Positions 35,655 to 45,841 are shown, counted from the first letter of the stretch. The stretch: 64,000 nt of DNA from Candidatus Iainarchaeum sp. (GCA_038736825.1 JAVYME010000001.1:76933-140932), one strand, 5' to 3'. The notes: generated from the sequence alone by a model not told the origin. Translations and numbers: made by a program.

Positions 35655-35951
35655 ATGAAAAAAAAGGAAGAACAGAAAAAAACAATTTCCGGAAAACACA
35701 AAGAGATAATTTTGTTCCCGCTAATAACAGAAAAAGCAGTTGACGCAATCGAAAAAGACAACAAAATAGCCTTTGTTGTCGGAAAAAAAGCCACCAAAAC
35801 AGAAATAAAAAACCAGATTGAAAAAGAATTCAATGTCAAGGTTGACAGCGTGAATGTTTTAAACGACATGAAGGGAAGAAAAAGAGCAATAGTGAAAATC
35901 GCAAAAGAATTCAAAGCAAACGACATTGCAATGAAATTAGGCGTAATATGA
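35655..35951 (+). CDS. rpl23: ribosomal protein L23
   Basis: 98 aa; ILFPLITEKAVDAIEKDNKIAFVV... Confidence 0.9.
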   Translation: MKKKEEQKKTISGKHKEIILFPLITEKAVDAIEKDNKIAFVVGKKATKTEIKNQIEKEFNVKVDSVNVLNDMKGRKRAIVKIAKEFKANDIAMKLGVI

Positions 35952-35962
35952 TGGTGAACTGA

Positions 35963-36676
35963 ATGGGAAAACGAATTGAAATCCAGCGCAGGGGAAAAGG
36001 AGGACCAGTCTGGACAGCAAGAAAAAAAGGAAGAAAATCCAGTTACCCTCCACTTGAAAAAGGAAAAGATGTTGAAAAAGGCCAAATAGTGGAATTCTCC
36101 AAAGAGATTGGAAGAAACGCGCTTTTGGCAAGAGTTTTAATGGATTCGGAAAAGGAATTCTATGTGGTTGCAGCAGAAGGGGTTTTCCTAGGGCAAGAAA
36201 TAGAAATGGGCAGAAAGGCTGAAATCAAAATAGGCAATATTCTGCCATTGTCAGAAATCCCTGAAGGATGCCCAGTATTCAACATAGAAATGAGGCCTGG
36301 CGATGGAGGCAAACTGGTAAGGGCAACCGGCAGCTATTCATTACTCGTATCAAAAAACAACAAAACAGCGGTTTTAAGGCTGCCTTCAGGCAAAAACAAA
36401 GAAGTTTTGGCTGAATGCAGGGCAAGCATAGGAAACGTTGCATGCGGTGAAAGAACTGAAAAACCATTCATTAAAGCAGGCGCAAAATTCCATTACATGA
36501 AGGCAAAAAGCAGGCCTTGGCCGGTTGTCAGGGGAGTTGCCAAAAATGCATTGGATCACCCCTTTGGCGGAGCACAACACCATGCTGGAAAAAGCAAGAG
36601 CGTTTCAAGGAATGCGCCTCCTGGAAGGAAAGTTGGAGCAATCGCTTCAAGGCGCACTGGGAGAAGAAAGAAATGA
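35963..36676 (+). CDS. rpl2: ribosomal protein L2
   Basis: GRNA...GSYSLLVSK... and C-terminal HPFGGAQHHAGKS. Confidence 0.95.
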   Translation: MGKRIEIQRRGKGGPVWTARKKGRKSSYPPLEKGKDVEKGQIVEFSKEIGRNALLARVLMDSEKEFYVVAAEGVFLGQEIEMGRKAEIKIGNILPLSEIPEGCPVFNIEMRPGDGGKLVRATGSYSLLVSKNNKTAVLRLPSGKNKEVLAECRASIGNVACGERTEKPFIKAGAKFHYMKAKSRPWPVVRGVAKNALDHPFGGAQHHAGKSKSVSRNAPPGRKVGAIASRRTGRRKK

Positions 36677-36701
36677 ATTTGGAGTGAAAGAAGGGATGTA
36701 A

Positions 36702-37097
36702 ATGGTTAAAGCCAGTTTCACTTACAAGGGCAAAACGCTTGAAGAACTCAAAAAAATGTCCATTGAAGAGTTCGCAAGCCTTGTCCCATCAAGAGCGAGA
36801 AGATCATTGTTGCGTGGCACCAACAAACTCATACACAAAAAAATAGATGAAGCAATCAAACTCAAACAAACACAAAAAGTGATAAGAACACATGACAGGG
36901 AAGCAGTTGTCACTCCAAAAATGCTTGGCTTCAAAATAGGCATTCATTCAGGCAAAGAATTCCAGCAAGTGGAAATAGTGCCTGAAATGCTTGGCCACAA
37001 GCTGGGCGAACTAGCCCTCACAAGAAAAAGATTAAAGCACGGCAAAGCCGGCGTGGGCGCAACCAAATCCAGCACTGCAATTACAGCGAGAGGATGA
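36702..37097 (+). CDS. rps19: ribosomal protein S19
   Basis: FTYKGKTLEEL..., EMLGHKLGELALTRK and GKAGVGATKSS. Confidence 0.9.
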   Translation: MVKASFTYKGKTLEELKKMSIEEFASLVPSRARRSLLRGTNKLIHKKIDEAIKLKQTQKVIRTHDREAVVTPKMLGFKIGIHSGKEFQQVEIVPEMLGHKLGELALTRKRLKHGKAGVGATKSSTAITARG

Positions 37098-37098
37098 A

Positions 37099-37575
37099 AT
37101 GGTTAAGGAAAAATACCAAGCAATAGAGGCAAGGGATGAAATTACAGCCAAGGCAATGCTCAAAAACAAGCCTGTCAGCCTCAAATACTCCACTGAAATA
37201 TGCAATCTGATAAGGGGACAGCCTGTGGCAAAAGCCGAAAGGCTTTTAAATGAAATAATTGCCCACAAAAAATTCCTTCCCTTGCTAAAATACAAAAAAA
37301 AGGTGCCGCACAGGAAAGGACAGAGTTTTGCAGGCACAAAGGCAGGGCGCTATCCTGAAAACACTTGCAAGGCATTCCTTGAACTTTTGGGCTATGCAAA
37401 GGCAAACGCTGAAAACAAGGGATTGGACAGCGAAAAACTCTTGATAAGGCATTGCTTTGCAAGCAAGGGCTTTAGGAGATTCAAAATGCAACCCAAGGGA
37501 AGGATTGCTGGAAAAAGAAGAAGGGCAAAATCCGCACACCTTGAAGTCATCCTGCAAGAGGTTGAATCAATATGA
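37099..37575 (+). CDS. rpl22: ribosomal protein L22
   Basis: 158 aa. Position and sequence are consistent with archaeal L22. Confidence 0.85.
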   Translation: MVKEKYQAIEARDEITAKAMLKNKPVSLKYSTEICNLIRGQPVAKAERLLNEIIAHKKFLPLLKYKKKVPHRKGQSFAGTKAGRYPENTCKAFLELLGYAKANAENKGLDSEKLLIRHCFASKGFRRFKMQPKGRIAGKRRRAKSAHLEVILQEVESI

Positions 37576-38423
37576 TAGAACGTTACTTCATAGAACAGGG
37601 AATGAAAAAAATCAAGCTTGAAGAGTATTTCAAAAACGAGCTTGACAGGGCTGGCTTCACTGGAATGAAAATACAAAAAACCCCTCTCGCCACAAAAATA
37701 ACATTGAGAGTTGCAAAACCAGGGCTTGCAATCGGAAAAAAAGGAAAAACCATTAGAACAATCACTGAAGAAATAGCTGAAAAATTCGGCATAGAAAACC
37801 CAGAACTGGAAATACAGCAAATAGAAAAACCAGAACTTGACGCACAAGCAATGGTGGACAGAATAATCACACTATTAGCGCGCGGCTATTCTTGGAGAAG
37901 CGTTGCATACAAAAGCATTGAAGACATAATGCAGGCTGGAGCGCAAGGAGTTGAATTGATTTTCAAGGGAAAGCTTGCAGGCAAAAGCGGAAGAAAAAAG
38001 AAAGAAAGACTGGCAAAAGGCTACATGAAAAAAGCAGGCGAACAATCCAGTCTTGTGGATTACGCTCACGGCACAGCATACCCCAAAGTTGGAGCAATAG
38101 GAGTAAAACTGCGCATTATCAAACCAGACGTGGTTTTCCCAGACAAAAAGAAAATAGAAGACATAATAGAAGAAAAAAAGAGAGGCAAAACAGAGGAAAA
38201 AAAAGAAGAAAAAACAGAAACAACAGAAAAAGAAGAACCCGAAAAGGAAACCACTGAACCCGAAAAAACACAAGAAAAAGAAAAAACCCAGGAACCAGAA
38301 AGCAAAGAAAAAACAGAAAAAAAAGAAAACAAAAAGAAAGAAAAAAGCGAAAAAGAAGCAAAAAAAACAGAAAAAGAAAAAAAAGCCAGCGCAAAAAAAG
38401 AAACAGAAAAAAAGGAACAGTGA
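37572..38423 (+). CDS. rps3: ribosomal protein S3 with ~85-aa K/E/T-rich C-terminal extension
   Basis: KH-domain core (KIQKTPLATKITLRVAKPGLAIGKKGKTIR). The low-complexity tail is EEKKRGKTEEKKEEKTETTEKEE... Confidence 0.9.
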   Translation: MIERYFIEQGMKKIKLEEYFKNELDRAGFTGMKIQKTPLATKITLRVAKPGLAIGKKGKTIRTITEEIAEKFGIENPELEIQQIEKPELDAQAMVDRIITLLARGYSWRSVAYKSIEDIMQAGAQGVELIFKGKLAGKSGRKKKERLAKGYMKKAGEQSSLVDYAHGTAYPKVGAIGVKLRIIKPDVVFPDKKKIEDIIEEKKRGKTEEKKEEKTETTEKEEPEKETTEPEKTQEKEKTQEPESKEKTEKKENKKKEKSEKEAKKTEKEKKASAKKETEKKEQ

Positions 38424-38656
38424 AAAACATGAAAAAAACAGCAGAAATAAGGGAAATGCCATTGGCTGAAATAAAGGAAAAAACAGCCGCTTTGAGAAAA
38501 ACCCTGGCAAAAGAAAAAGCAGTTCTGGCATCAGGCACAAGACCTGAAAACCCCGGAAAAATCCGCTCTATAAAAAGAGACATTGCAAGAATGCTCACAA
38601 TAATAAAAGAAAAAGAAACAGAAACTGAAAAGAAAGAAAAAGAGGTGAAGAAATAG
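38420..38656 (+). CDS. rpl29: ribosomal protein L29
   Basis: 78 aa; EIREMPLAEIKEKTAALRKTL... Confidence 0.85.
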   Translation: MKNMKKTAEIREMPLAEIKEKTAALRKTLAKEKAVLASGTRPENPGKIRSIKRDIARMLTIIKEKETETEKKEKEVKK

Positions 38657-38658
38657 AA

Positions 38659-38961
38659 ATGGCTGAATTCTGCCCTGTCTGCGGCCAGCTCAAAGAACTG
38701 TGTGTTTGCGGAGAAATGGCAAAAGAATCTCAAAAAATCAGGGTGCGAACACTGCAAAGAAGGTTTGGAAAATTTGTCACAACAGTAAGCGGCCTTGACA
38801 AAGACATCAATATTGACGAACTCAACAAAGAACTAAAAAAAAGGCTTGCATGCGGTGGAACCGTGAAAAACGGCATAATAGAATTGCAGGGCGCCCACAA
38901 AGAAAAAGTCAAAGAAATCCTGTTAAAACAAGGATTCAAAGAAGAACAAATAGACGCTTAA
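38659..38961 (+). CDS. sui1: translation initiation factor SUI1 (aIF1)
   Basis: N-terminal Zn-ribbon CPVCGQLKELCVC followed by the SUI1 fold (KIRVRTLQRRFGKFVTTVSGL...LACGGTVKNGIIELQG). Confidence 0.85.
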   Translation: MAEFCPVCGQLKELCVCGEMAKESQKIRVRTLQRRFGKFVTTVSGLDKDINIDELNKELKKRLACGGTVKNGIIELQGAHKEKVKEILLKQGFKEEQIDA

Positions 38962-38973
38962 AACGGTGAAAAA

Positions 38974-39270
38974 ATGCAAGAAAACTACGGAATAAATGAA
39001 AAAAACCTCTTAGCCCACGAACTAATAGGGCTCAAAGCAAGAGTGAGTGAATCAAATTGCAAAGAAAGAATTGGAATTGAAGGAACAATAGTTGACGAAA
39101 CAAAAAACACCTTCAAACTGGAAACAAAAAAAGGAGAAACAATACTGCCAAAAAAAGAATGCATTTTTGAATTCTCACTGCCAAAAAACAAAAAAGCCAC
39201 AGTTAAAGGAAAGACTTTGTGCTTTAGGCCAGAAGACAGAATCAAAGAATACTGGAGGAAAGCCATATGA
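38974..39270 (+). CDS. rnp1: RNase P protein component 1 (Rpp29/Pop4)
   Basis: [39 protein letters not shown] is Rpp29-like. Conserved position between SUI1 and S17. Confidence 0.75.
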   Translation: MQENYGINEKNLLAHELIGLKARVSESNCKERIGIEGTIVDETKNTFKLETKKGETILPKKECIFEFSLPKNKKATVKGKTLCFRPEDRIKEYWRKAI

Positions 39271-39563
39271 ACGAATGCAATGACAGCAAGTGCCCAATCC
39301 ATGGAACCACAAGAGTAAGAGGACAATCCTTTAAAGGCAAAGTGATAAGCGCAAAGCCAACCCGCACAGTCACAGTGGAAAGAACCATTATACGGTTTGT
39401 GCCAAAATTTGAAAGATACAAAAAAACAAGGTCAAGAGTGCACGCCCACAATCCCCCGTGCATTAACGCAAAAGAAGGCGACACAGTAATAATAGGTGAA
39501 ACCAGAAGGCTAAGCAAAACAAAAAATTTTGCGGTTTTAAAAATAGTGAGTGGTGAAAAATGA
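39267..39563 (+). CDS. rps17: ribosomal protein S17
   Basis: [35 protein letters not shown]. Confidence 0.9.
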   Translation: MNECNDSKCPIHGTTRVRGQSFKGKVISAKPTRTVTVERTIIRFVPKFERYKKTRSRVHAHNPPCINAKEGDTVIIGETRRLSKTKNFAVLKIVSGEK

Positions 39564-39958
39564 AAGCAATAAGTGCCTCTCAAACAAAATGCCTTACGCT
39601 CAGAAGCTCGCTCTTTTGCACAGACAATTCTGGCGCAAAAGAACTCTACATTATAGGAGTTTTCGGGCACAAAACAAGAAAAAAAATGAGCCCAAAAGCA
39701 GGAATAGCTGACATGCTGAACGTAGTTGTAAAAAAAGGAAAACCGGAAATAAGGAAAAAAGTTGAAAGAGCGGTTGTAGTAAGAGTCAAAAAAGAATACC
39801 GCAGACCTGATGGAACCCGCGTAAAGTTTGAAGACAATGCAGCAGTGCTTGTGGACGACAAAGGAGTTCCAAAAGCAAGCGAGATAAAGGGGGCTGTTGC
39901 AAAAGAAGCAGCAGAACGCTGGCCGAAAATCGCAGGCCTTGCAGAACAAATAGTTTGA
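39560..39958 (+). CDS. rpl14: ribosomal protein L14
   Basis: 132 aa; ...[16 protein letters not shown]... Confidence 0.9.
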   Translation: MKAISASQTKCLTLRSSLFCTDNSGAKELYIIGVFGHKTRKKMSPKAGIADMLNVVVKKGKPEIRKKVERAVVVRVKKEYRRPDGTRVKFEDNAAVLVDDKGVPKASEIKGAVAKEAAERWPKIAGLAEQIV

Positions 39959-39959
39959 A

Positions 39960-40358
39960 GTGATGGTCATGAAATCAAGCAAGCCGAAAAAGAACAGAAA
40001 GGCTTTCTATGAAAAGCCACTCCACAAAAAACAAAAAAGCCTGGCAGCACACCTCTCCAAAAAACTAGCGGAAGAACTCGGCAGGCGCTCGGTTCCGCTC
40101 CGCAAAGGAGATGAAGTGAAAATCATCAGAGGAGACTTCAAGGGCAAAAAAGGAAAAATATCCAGGGTTGACCTTTCAAGAGGACGCGTTTACATTGAAA
40201 AAATTTCCAGAAAAAAAGCCGATGGAACTGAAACACAGGTTCCATTTCAAGCATCAAAGCTCATCGTGGAATCACTTGACAGGGGAGACAGCAAAAGGCT
40301 TAAATTCTTGAAAAAAGAAAGGGAAAGCAAAGGCAAAAAAACAGCTGAAAATGAATAA
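39960..40358 (+). CDS. rpl24: ribosomal protein L24 (KOW)
   Basis: KGDEVKIIRGDFKGKKGKISRVDLSRGRVYIE. Confidence 0.9.
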   Translation: MMVMKSSKPKKNRKAFYEKPLHKKQKSLAAHLSKKLAEELGRRSVPLRKGDEVKIIRGDFKGKKGKISRVDLSRGRVYIEKISRKKADGTETQVPFQASKLIVESLDRGDSKRLKFLKKERESKGKKTAENE

Positions 40359-40370
40359 AGGTGAAAAACA

Positions 40371-41087
40371 ATGGCTAAAAAAGGCGGAAATAAAAGGCAA
40401 AAACGCTTTACTGCAAGCAAAGCCAGGCAAATGAACACAAAAAGCGAAAAATGGACAGTAAAATCCATTCCAGGGCCATTTTCAAAAGAAAAAAGCATTC
40501 CTCTGGGAGTTCTTTTAAGAGACTTGCTTGGAATTGGCAGAAATTTGCGCGAAACAAAAATAGTTTTGCACCAGGGAAAGGTTTCAGTCAATGGAAAAAA
40601 AAGACGCGATTACAGGTTTCCGGTTGGATTGTTTGACATTATTTCAATTGAAGGCTTTGAAAAAGATTTCATGATGGTTTTTGACAGGAAGGGAAAACTC
40701 TTGCCAAAAGAAAAAAGCAAAGAAGAAAAAAAATCCAAGGTTTGCAGAATTGAAGGAAAAAAAACAGCAAAAAAAGGCAAAACCCAGCTATTAACCAATG
40801 ACGGCAGAAACATTCTGGTTGAAAAAGGCAGTGAGATCAATACAAACGATTCAATAGAAATAGAAGTACCATCCCAAAAAGTGCTGAAAATATTTCGCTT
40901 TGAAAAAGGCGCAAAAGTTTTCATACGAGGTGGAAAGCACGCAGGACAAGAAGGCATAATAAAGGAAATAATTGAAGGAAGCACAGAACAGGCTCTCAAG
41001 CCAGAAAAGCTTGTGCTGGTAAAATCCGGCTCAAAAGAATTTCAAACCAATTCAAAAAACATTTTCGTAATAGGTGAAGCAAAGTGA
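40371..41087 (+). CDS. rps4e: ribosomal protein S4e
   Basis: 238 aa. S4e family by sequence and position between L24 and L5. Confidence 0.85.
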   Translation: MAKKGGNKRQKRFTASKARQMNTKSEKWTVKSIPGPFSKEKSIPLGVLLRDLLGIGRNLRETKIVLHQGKVSVNGKKRRDYRFPVGLFDIISIEGFEKDFMMVFDRKGKLLPKEKSKEEKKSKVCRIEGKKTAKKGKTQLLTNDGRNILVEKGSEINTNDSIEIEVPSQKVLKIFRFEKGAKVFIRGGKHAGQEGIIKEIIEGSTEQALKPEKLVLVKSGSKEFQTNSKNIFVIGEAK

Positions 41088-41602
41088 GCGCTCAAGAAAA
41101 CCCAATGAGAGAAATACGCATTTCAAAGGTAGTCGTAAACATGGGTGTCGGCGAAAGCGGAGAAGAGCTTGAAAAAGCAATCAAAATAATGCAACAAATT
41201 ACTGGCGCAAAAATAGTGAAAACCAAAGCCAAAGTAAAACTCCCAACATGGGACATAAGGCCAGGGCTTGAAATTGGCGCCAAAACAACGCTTAGGGGCG
41301 CAAGAGCGCTTGAATTCCTGAAAAACGCTCTTGCAGCAAAAGAAAACACTCTCTCTGAAAGAAACTTTGACAATTGCGGCAATTTTGGCTTTGGCATAAG
41401 GGAACACATTGAATTGCCAAAAACAAAATATGACCCAAAACTTGGAATCAGGGGATTTGATGTTTTAGTGTGCCTTGAAAGACCGGGCTACAGGGTAAAA
41501 AAAAGAAAGCATTGCAGGTCCATGGTTGGAAAAAAACACTGCATTTCAAGGAAAGAGGCAATTGCATTTGTTAAAGAAAAACTTGGAGTGAGCGTGAACT
41601 GA
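41084..41602 (+). CDS. rpl5: ribosomal protein L5
   Basis: MREIRISKVVVNMGVGESGEELEKA... Confidence 0.9.
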   Translation: MSAQENPMREIRISKVVVNMGVGESGEELEKAIKIMQQITGAKIVKTKAKVKLPTWDIRPGLEIGAKTTLRGARALEFLKNALAAKENTLSERNFDNCGNFGFGIREHIELPKTKYDPKLGIRGFDVLVCLERPGYRVKKRKHCRSMVGKKHCISRKEAIAFVKEKLGVSVN

Positions 41603-41734
41603 ATGGTCAAAAAGAGGCCGAGATGCAAGTTTTGCGGTGCAGCAGACGCGGTAATAAGAAAGTACAGGTTGAACATTTGCAGGAGATGCTTTAAAGAAAA
41701 GGCTGAAAAGCTAGGATTTAGGAAATTTGACTAG
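41603..41734 (+). CDS. rps14: ribosomal protein S14 (type Z, zinc-binding; S29e)
   Basis: A 43-aa ORF absent from the track because it is under 60 aa: MVKKRPRCKFCGAADAVIRKYRLNICRRCFKEKAEKLGFRKFD, with CxxC...CxxC. Begins directly after the L5 stop. Confidence 0.85.
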   Translation: MVKKRPRCKFCGAADAVIRKYRLNICRRCFKEKAEKLGFRKFD

Positions 41735-41743
41735 GTGAAGTGA

Positions 41744-42136
41744 ATGACTCTGACTGACCCCATATCTGATGCCCTTGTTTCAATAAAAAACTGTGAGCTT
41801 GTGGCAAAAAAAGAAATGCTTTTCAGGCCCGGTTCAAAACTGTTGGGCAGCATCTTGGAAGTAATGAAAGCCCACAACTACATAGTCGACTATGAATTCA
41901 TAGATGACGGAAAAAGCGGCATTTACAGGATAAAACTGGCAGGCAAAATAAACGAGTGCAGGGCAGTAAAGCCCCGTTACACAGTAAAAAAGAACGGGTT
42001 TGAAAAATTCGAGAAAAGGTTTTTGCCGTCAAGGGACATAGGGTTGCTCATTGTGAGCACTCCAATGGGCGTGATGTCCCACAAAGAGGCAATAGCCAAA
42101 AAAACAGGGGGAAGGCTGCTAGCATACGTTTACTAG
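41744..42136 (+). CDS. rps8: ribosomal protein S8
   Basis: DPISDALVSIKNCELVAKKE... Confidence 0.9.
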   Translation: MTLTDPISDALVSIKNCELVAKKEMLFRPGSKLLGSILEVMKAHNYIVDYEFIDDGKSGIYRIKLAGKINECRAVKPRYTVKKNGFEKFEKRFLPSRDIGLLIVSTPMGVMSHKEAIAKKTGGRLLAYVY

Positions 42137-42152
42137 AAAAAAGAGTGGTTTT

Positions 42153-42701
42153 ATGGAACTAAAAATTGATTTCAAGGAACCGTATAAGGTGTCTCTCTCT
42201 GGACAAACAGTTACAATTTCAAAAGGGGAAAAAAGCGAATCCAAAACCTTTAGGTGCAAAAACGTTGATTTTGCAATTGAAGGAAATTCCCTTGTTTTGA
42301 GAGGCCTCAACGAAAAAAAGAGAACAAGTTCAATCATTAAAACCGTAAAAAAACAGCTTGAAAACCTGGTTGTAGGCCTTGAAAAAGGCTATGAATACAG
42401 GCTAAGAGTGGTTTTCTCACACTTTCCAATAAACCTGCAAGTGTCAGGAAAAAATGTGGTGATAAACAATTTTGGCGGAGAAAAAAAACCAAGAAAGGCA
42501 AAAATTGTTGGAGAAAACACCAAAGTGGAAATAAAAGGCAAAGAAATAACAATAACCGGAAGCAACAGCGAACACGTCGGCCAAACCGCGGCAAACCTTG
42601 AAAGGGCTACAGCTATAAAAAACAAAGACTTGAGGGTTTTCCAGGACGGAATTTACTTGATAAGCAAAGGCTTGGCGCAAAAAGAAAAGGAAGGTGCTTG
42701 A
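42153..42701 (+). CDS. rpl6: ribosomal protein L6
   Basis: 182 aa. L6 two-domain repeat pattern and operon position. Confidence 0.85.
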   Translation: MELKIDFKEPYKVSLSGQTVTISKGEKSESKTFRCKNVDFAIEGNSLVLRGLNEKKRTSSIIKTVKKQLENLVVGLEKGYEYRLRVVFSHFPINLQVSGKNVVINNFGGEKKPRKAKIVGENTKVEIKGKEITITGSNSEHVGQTAANLERATAIKNKDLRVFQDGIYLISKGLAQKEKEGA

Positions 42702-43212
42702 AATGGCTGGAGAGAAAGAAACCGAAAAAAAAGCCATTGCAAAAAAAGACAAAGACAAAAAGCCGGAAACCAAAAAAAGCGAAGAAAAAAAGAAAACCTC
42801 AAAGGCTTACGCAAGAAAAGCAAAAATTGCAAAAAGCGCCATCCTGAAAAAGATTGCAATAAAAATTGCAAAAAAGAAAAGAAAAAAATTCCGCGGTAGG
42901 TTTGGCAAAAACTCCATTCGGAGAAAAAGCATAAAAAAATGGCAAAAATGGCGTTATCCGAGGGGTGCAGACCTGGAAAAAACCAAACAGTACACTTGCA
43001 TGCCCTCAAGCGGCTGGCGTTCAAGAAAAGAAACCAGAGGATTGCACCCGAGCGGCTATAAAGAAAAAATTGTGAGAAACTTAAAAGAACTTGAAATGAT
43101 TGCAGGGGAAAAAGAAACAGTTGCTGCAAGAATTGCAGCCACAACAGGTGGAAGAAAAAGAACTGAAATCATAAAAAAGGCAAACGAGTTGGGCATAAAA
43201 GTGTTGAATTAG
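42694..43212 (+). CDS. rpl32e: ribosomal protein L32e with K-rich N-terminal extension
   Basis: ...WQKWRYPRGADLEKTKQY...GYKEKIVRNLKELE is L32e-like. Confidence 0.8.
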   Translation: MLEMAGEKETEKKAIAKKDKDKKPETKKSEEKKKTSKAYARKAKIAKSAILKKIAIKIAKKKRKKFRGRFGKNSIRRKSIKKWQKWRYPRGADLEKTKQYTCMPSSGWRSRKETRGLHPSGYKEKIVRNLKELEMIAGEKETVAARIAATTGGRKRTEIIKKANELGIKVLN

Positions 43213-43220
43213 GTGAAAAA

Positions 43221-43670
43221 ATGAAAGGGGAGAAAGCGAAAAAAATCGCAGCGGAAATCCTTAACACTTCAAGCAAAAAAATCTGGGTTAACCCAGAAGA
43301 AAGCGAAGCACTAAAGGATGCAATAACAAAGGATGACATTCGCGCCCTAATAAAGGATGGAATAATAAAAAAGAAAAAAACCCCGTTTCAGAGCAGGGTT
43401 AGAGCAAGAGAGAAAAAAGCAAAAAAAGAAAAAGGCAGAAGGCGTGGTCCAGGCAGAAAAAGGGGAACCAAAAAAAACCGCATTGGAAAAAAGAAAAGCT
43501 GGATGAAAAGAGTGCGATCCCAAAGACAGGCATTGCGAGAATTAAGGAAAAGCGACAAAAAAGCTGTTGAAAAAATCGGCTATAGAAAGGTTTACAGCAT
43601 GATAAAAGGCAATTATTTCAAGGGAAAGCGCTATCTCGTGCAATTCGTTAAAGAAGGTGCTGGAAAATGA
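43221..43670 (+). CDS. rpl19e: ribosomal protein L19e
   Basis: MKGEKAKKIAAEILNTSSKKIWVNPEESEALKDAITKDDIRALIKDGII. Confidence 0.85.
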   Translation: MKGEKAKKIAAEILNTSSKKIWVNPEESEALKDAITKDDIRALIKDGIIKKKKTPFQSRVRAREKKAKKEKGRRRGPGRKRGTKKNRIGKKKSWMKRVRSQRQALRELRKSDKKAVEKIGYRKVYSMIKGNYFKGKRYLVQFVKEGAGK

Positions 43671-44257
43671 CCAAGGGAAAGGGAAAGCTAAAGTTCAGAA
43701 GGCGCAGGGAAGGCAAAACCGATTTCAAGAAAAGACTGGCATTGCTGAAAAGCGCAAAAAACCGCGCGGTTTTCAGGAAATCCAACAAGCGCATAATCAT
43801 GGAACTCGTTGAATTCAAACCAGACGGCGACAAAACCCTTTTCAGTGTCAATTCCAGTGAACTCAAAAAAGCAGGCTTTCCGGGAAAATGCAACATTCCC
43901 TCAGCATACCTTGCAGGCTATTGGCTTGGAAAAAAAGCCATTGCAGCAGGAATCAGCGAAGCAATATTTGACATTGGAAGAAACACGCCCGTGCGCGGAG
44001 GAAGAGCCTTTGCTGCACTAAAAGGATTAATAGACGCCGGAATGAATGTGCCAGCTGGAGAGCAAGCATTCCCTTCAAAAGAAAGAATTGAAGGACAACA
44101 CATAAAAAAATACGCGGAAAGCCTGGGTGAAAAAAAGGAAAAAAGGTTTAGCGGTTATGCAAAAGAAAAAATCAGCATTGAAAGCATTACAAGCCTTTTC
44201 AATGAAGCAAAGAAAAAAATAGACTCTTTTGAGGCAAAAGACAAGGTGGTCCAATGA
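43667..44257 (+). CDS. rpl18: ribosomal protein L18 (L5e)
   Basis: 196 aa. Position and sequence (RLALLKSAKNRAVFRKSNKRIIMELVEF) match. Confidence 0.85.
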   Translation: MTKGKGKLKFRRRREGKTDFKKRLALLKSAKNRAVFRKSNKRIIMELVEFKPDGDKTLFSVNSSELKKAGFPGKCNIPSAYLAGYWLGKKAIAAGISEAIFDIGRNTPVRGGRAFAALKGLIDAGMNVPAGEQAFPSKERIEGQHIKKYAESLGEKKEKRFSGYAKEKISIESITSLFNEAKKKIDSFEAKDKVVQ

Positions 44258-44922
44258 AGCACGAGGAAAGAGAAGAAATGGAAAAAGAAAAAGAGCTAAG
44301 GGAATGGATTCCGAAAACTTCACTGGGCAGAAAAGTCATCAATGGCGAAATAAAATCACTGGAAGAAATACTGTCCAGCAATGTTCCAATACTTGAACCG
44401 GAAATCGTGGACTATCTTGAACCAATGGAAGAAAAAACCATAGATGTTCAAAAAACAGCCCGTGTCGTGAGAGCAGGCAGAAAGTTCTCCTTCCGGGTAA
44501 GCGTTCTCGTGGGAAACAGGAACGGAATTGTCGGCATAGGCACAGCCAAAGACAAAGAAAGATGGCCTGCCACAAGAAAGGCTGCAAGAAACGCAAAACT
44601 CAACCTAGTGCTTGTGAAAAGAGGCTGTGGAAGCTGGGAATGCCCGTGCAACACGCCACACTCTGTGCCATTCAAAGTGGAAGGCAAAAATGCTTCAGTA
44701 AGGGTAACCCTCATTCCAGCACCAAAAGGCCTTGGACTGGTGGCCGGCGACCACATAAAAGACGTGCTGGAACTCGCAGGAATAAAAGATGTTTGGACAA
44801 AAACAAGGGGGGCAACAGCAACAACCCTTAACTTTGCAAGAGCCACAATAGATGCACTCGCAGCAACCTCGCGGGTCAGGGTATCCAATGAAATGGAGAA
44901 AAAGCTTGAACTAGAAAGGTGA
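44254..44922 (+). CDS. rps5: ribosomal protein S5
   Basis: ...VVRAGRKFSFRVSVLVGNRNGIVGIGTAK... Confidence 0.9.
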   Translation: MKHEEREEMEKEKELREWIPKTSLGRKVINGEIKSLEEILSSNVPILEPEIVDYLEPMEEKTIDVQKTARVVRAGRKFSFRVSVLVGNRNGIVGIGTAKDKERWPATRKAARNAKLNLVLVKRGCGSWECPCNTPHSVPFKVEGKNASVRVTLIPAPKGLGLVAGDHIKDVLELAGIKDVWTKTRGATATTLNFARATIDALAATSRVRVSNEMEKKLELER

Positions 44923-44926
44923 TTTT

Positions 44927-45385
44927 ATGTTTGCAGTTATAAGAGTCAGGGGAAGCATTAAAGTAAACGCAAAAATGGAGAAAACCCTTGCAATGATGAA
45001 CCTTAACCGAGTAAACAGGCTCACCCTCTTGCCAGAGGAAGAGAAAACCAAAAAACTGCTCAAAAAAGCAGAAAACTATGTTACTTGGGGCGAAATAAGC
45101 AAAGAAACCCTTGCAAGAGTGCTGGAAAAAAGAGGAAAGACAAGCATTGAAAAAAAAATCTCTCTGGACACATTAAAGGAAAAAAACATTAACTCTTTTG
45201 AAGAACTCGCGGAAAAAATCCTTGAAGGCAAAAAACCAAGAGATTTTGGCTTAAAACCATTTTTTGCACTAAAACCGCCAAGCAAAGGCTATGAAAGAGC
45301 AGGAATAAAAAAACCATACGCAATAGGGGGAGCACTGGGTTACAGGGGCAAAGAAATAAACCAGTTAATTGAAAGAATGGTTTAG
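44927..45385 (+). CDS. rpl30: ribosomal protein L30 (L7e)
   Basis: MFAVIRVRGSIKVNAKMEKTLAMMNLNRVNRLTLL. Confidence 0.85.
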   Translation: MFAVIRVRGSIKVNAKMEKTLAMMNLNRVNRLTLLPEEEKTKKLLKKAENYVTWGEISKETLARVLEKRGKTSIEKKISLDTLKEKNINSFEELAEKILEGKKPRDFGLKPFFALKPPSKGYERAGIKKPYAIGGALGYRGKEINQLIERMV

Positions 45386-45841
45386 GTGAAAAAAATGTCT
45401 GTTAGAAAGAGAAGGAAAAAAGACAAATTGCGAGGCCAGAGAACCCATGGAAAGGGGGACACAAAAAACAGGCGCGGTTCTGGCTCCAAGGGCGGAAAGG
45501 GAAGAGGCGGTTCCCACAAAAACAAGTGGAGCAAATACTATCTTGAATTTGGCGGAACAAAAAAAATGACGCCAAAGAAAAAACCACTGGCATTAAATGT
45601 TGGCGATTTAGAAAAAAAAGCAGAACAGTTGGCATTGGAAAAAAAAGCAGAGATTAAAGGAAACGAAATATTCATTGATGGAAAAAATGCTGGCATTGGC
45701 AAAATCCTTTCCCGGGGAAATGTTTCAAAAAAGTTTTTCCTCAAAAATGTGAGAGTGAGCGCAAAGGCAAGGGAAAAAATAATTGCAGCTGGCGGAAAAA
45801 TAGAGGAAACCGAAATTCAATCCAAAGAGAGCAAAAAATGA
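45386..45841 (+). CDS. rpl15: ribosomal protein L15
   Basis: KLRGQRTHGKGDTKNRRGSGSKGGKGRGG. Confidence 0.85.
   Translation: MKKMSVRKRRKKDKLRGQRTHGKGDTKNRRGSGSKGGKGRGGSHKNKWSKYYLEFGGTKKMTPKKKPLALNVGDLEKKAEQLALEKKAEIKGNEIFIDGKNAGIGKILSRGNVSKKFFLKNVRVSAKAREKIIAAGGKIEETEIQSKESKK

Noticed and set aside
37875-38757. Long antisense ORFs (221 aa, 212 aa) rich in Phe/Leu/Cys opposite the S3 and L29 genes
   Set aside because: They are the reverse-complement reading of the K/E-rich (AAG/GAA-rich) tail of S3. Composition is extremely biased (poly-F), there is no start context, and they overlap a strongly supported r-protein gene.
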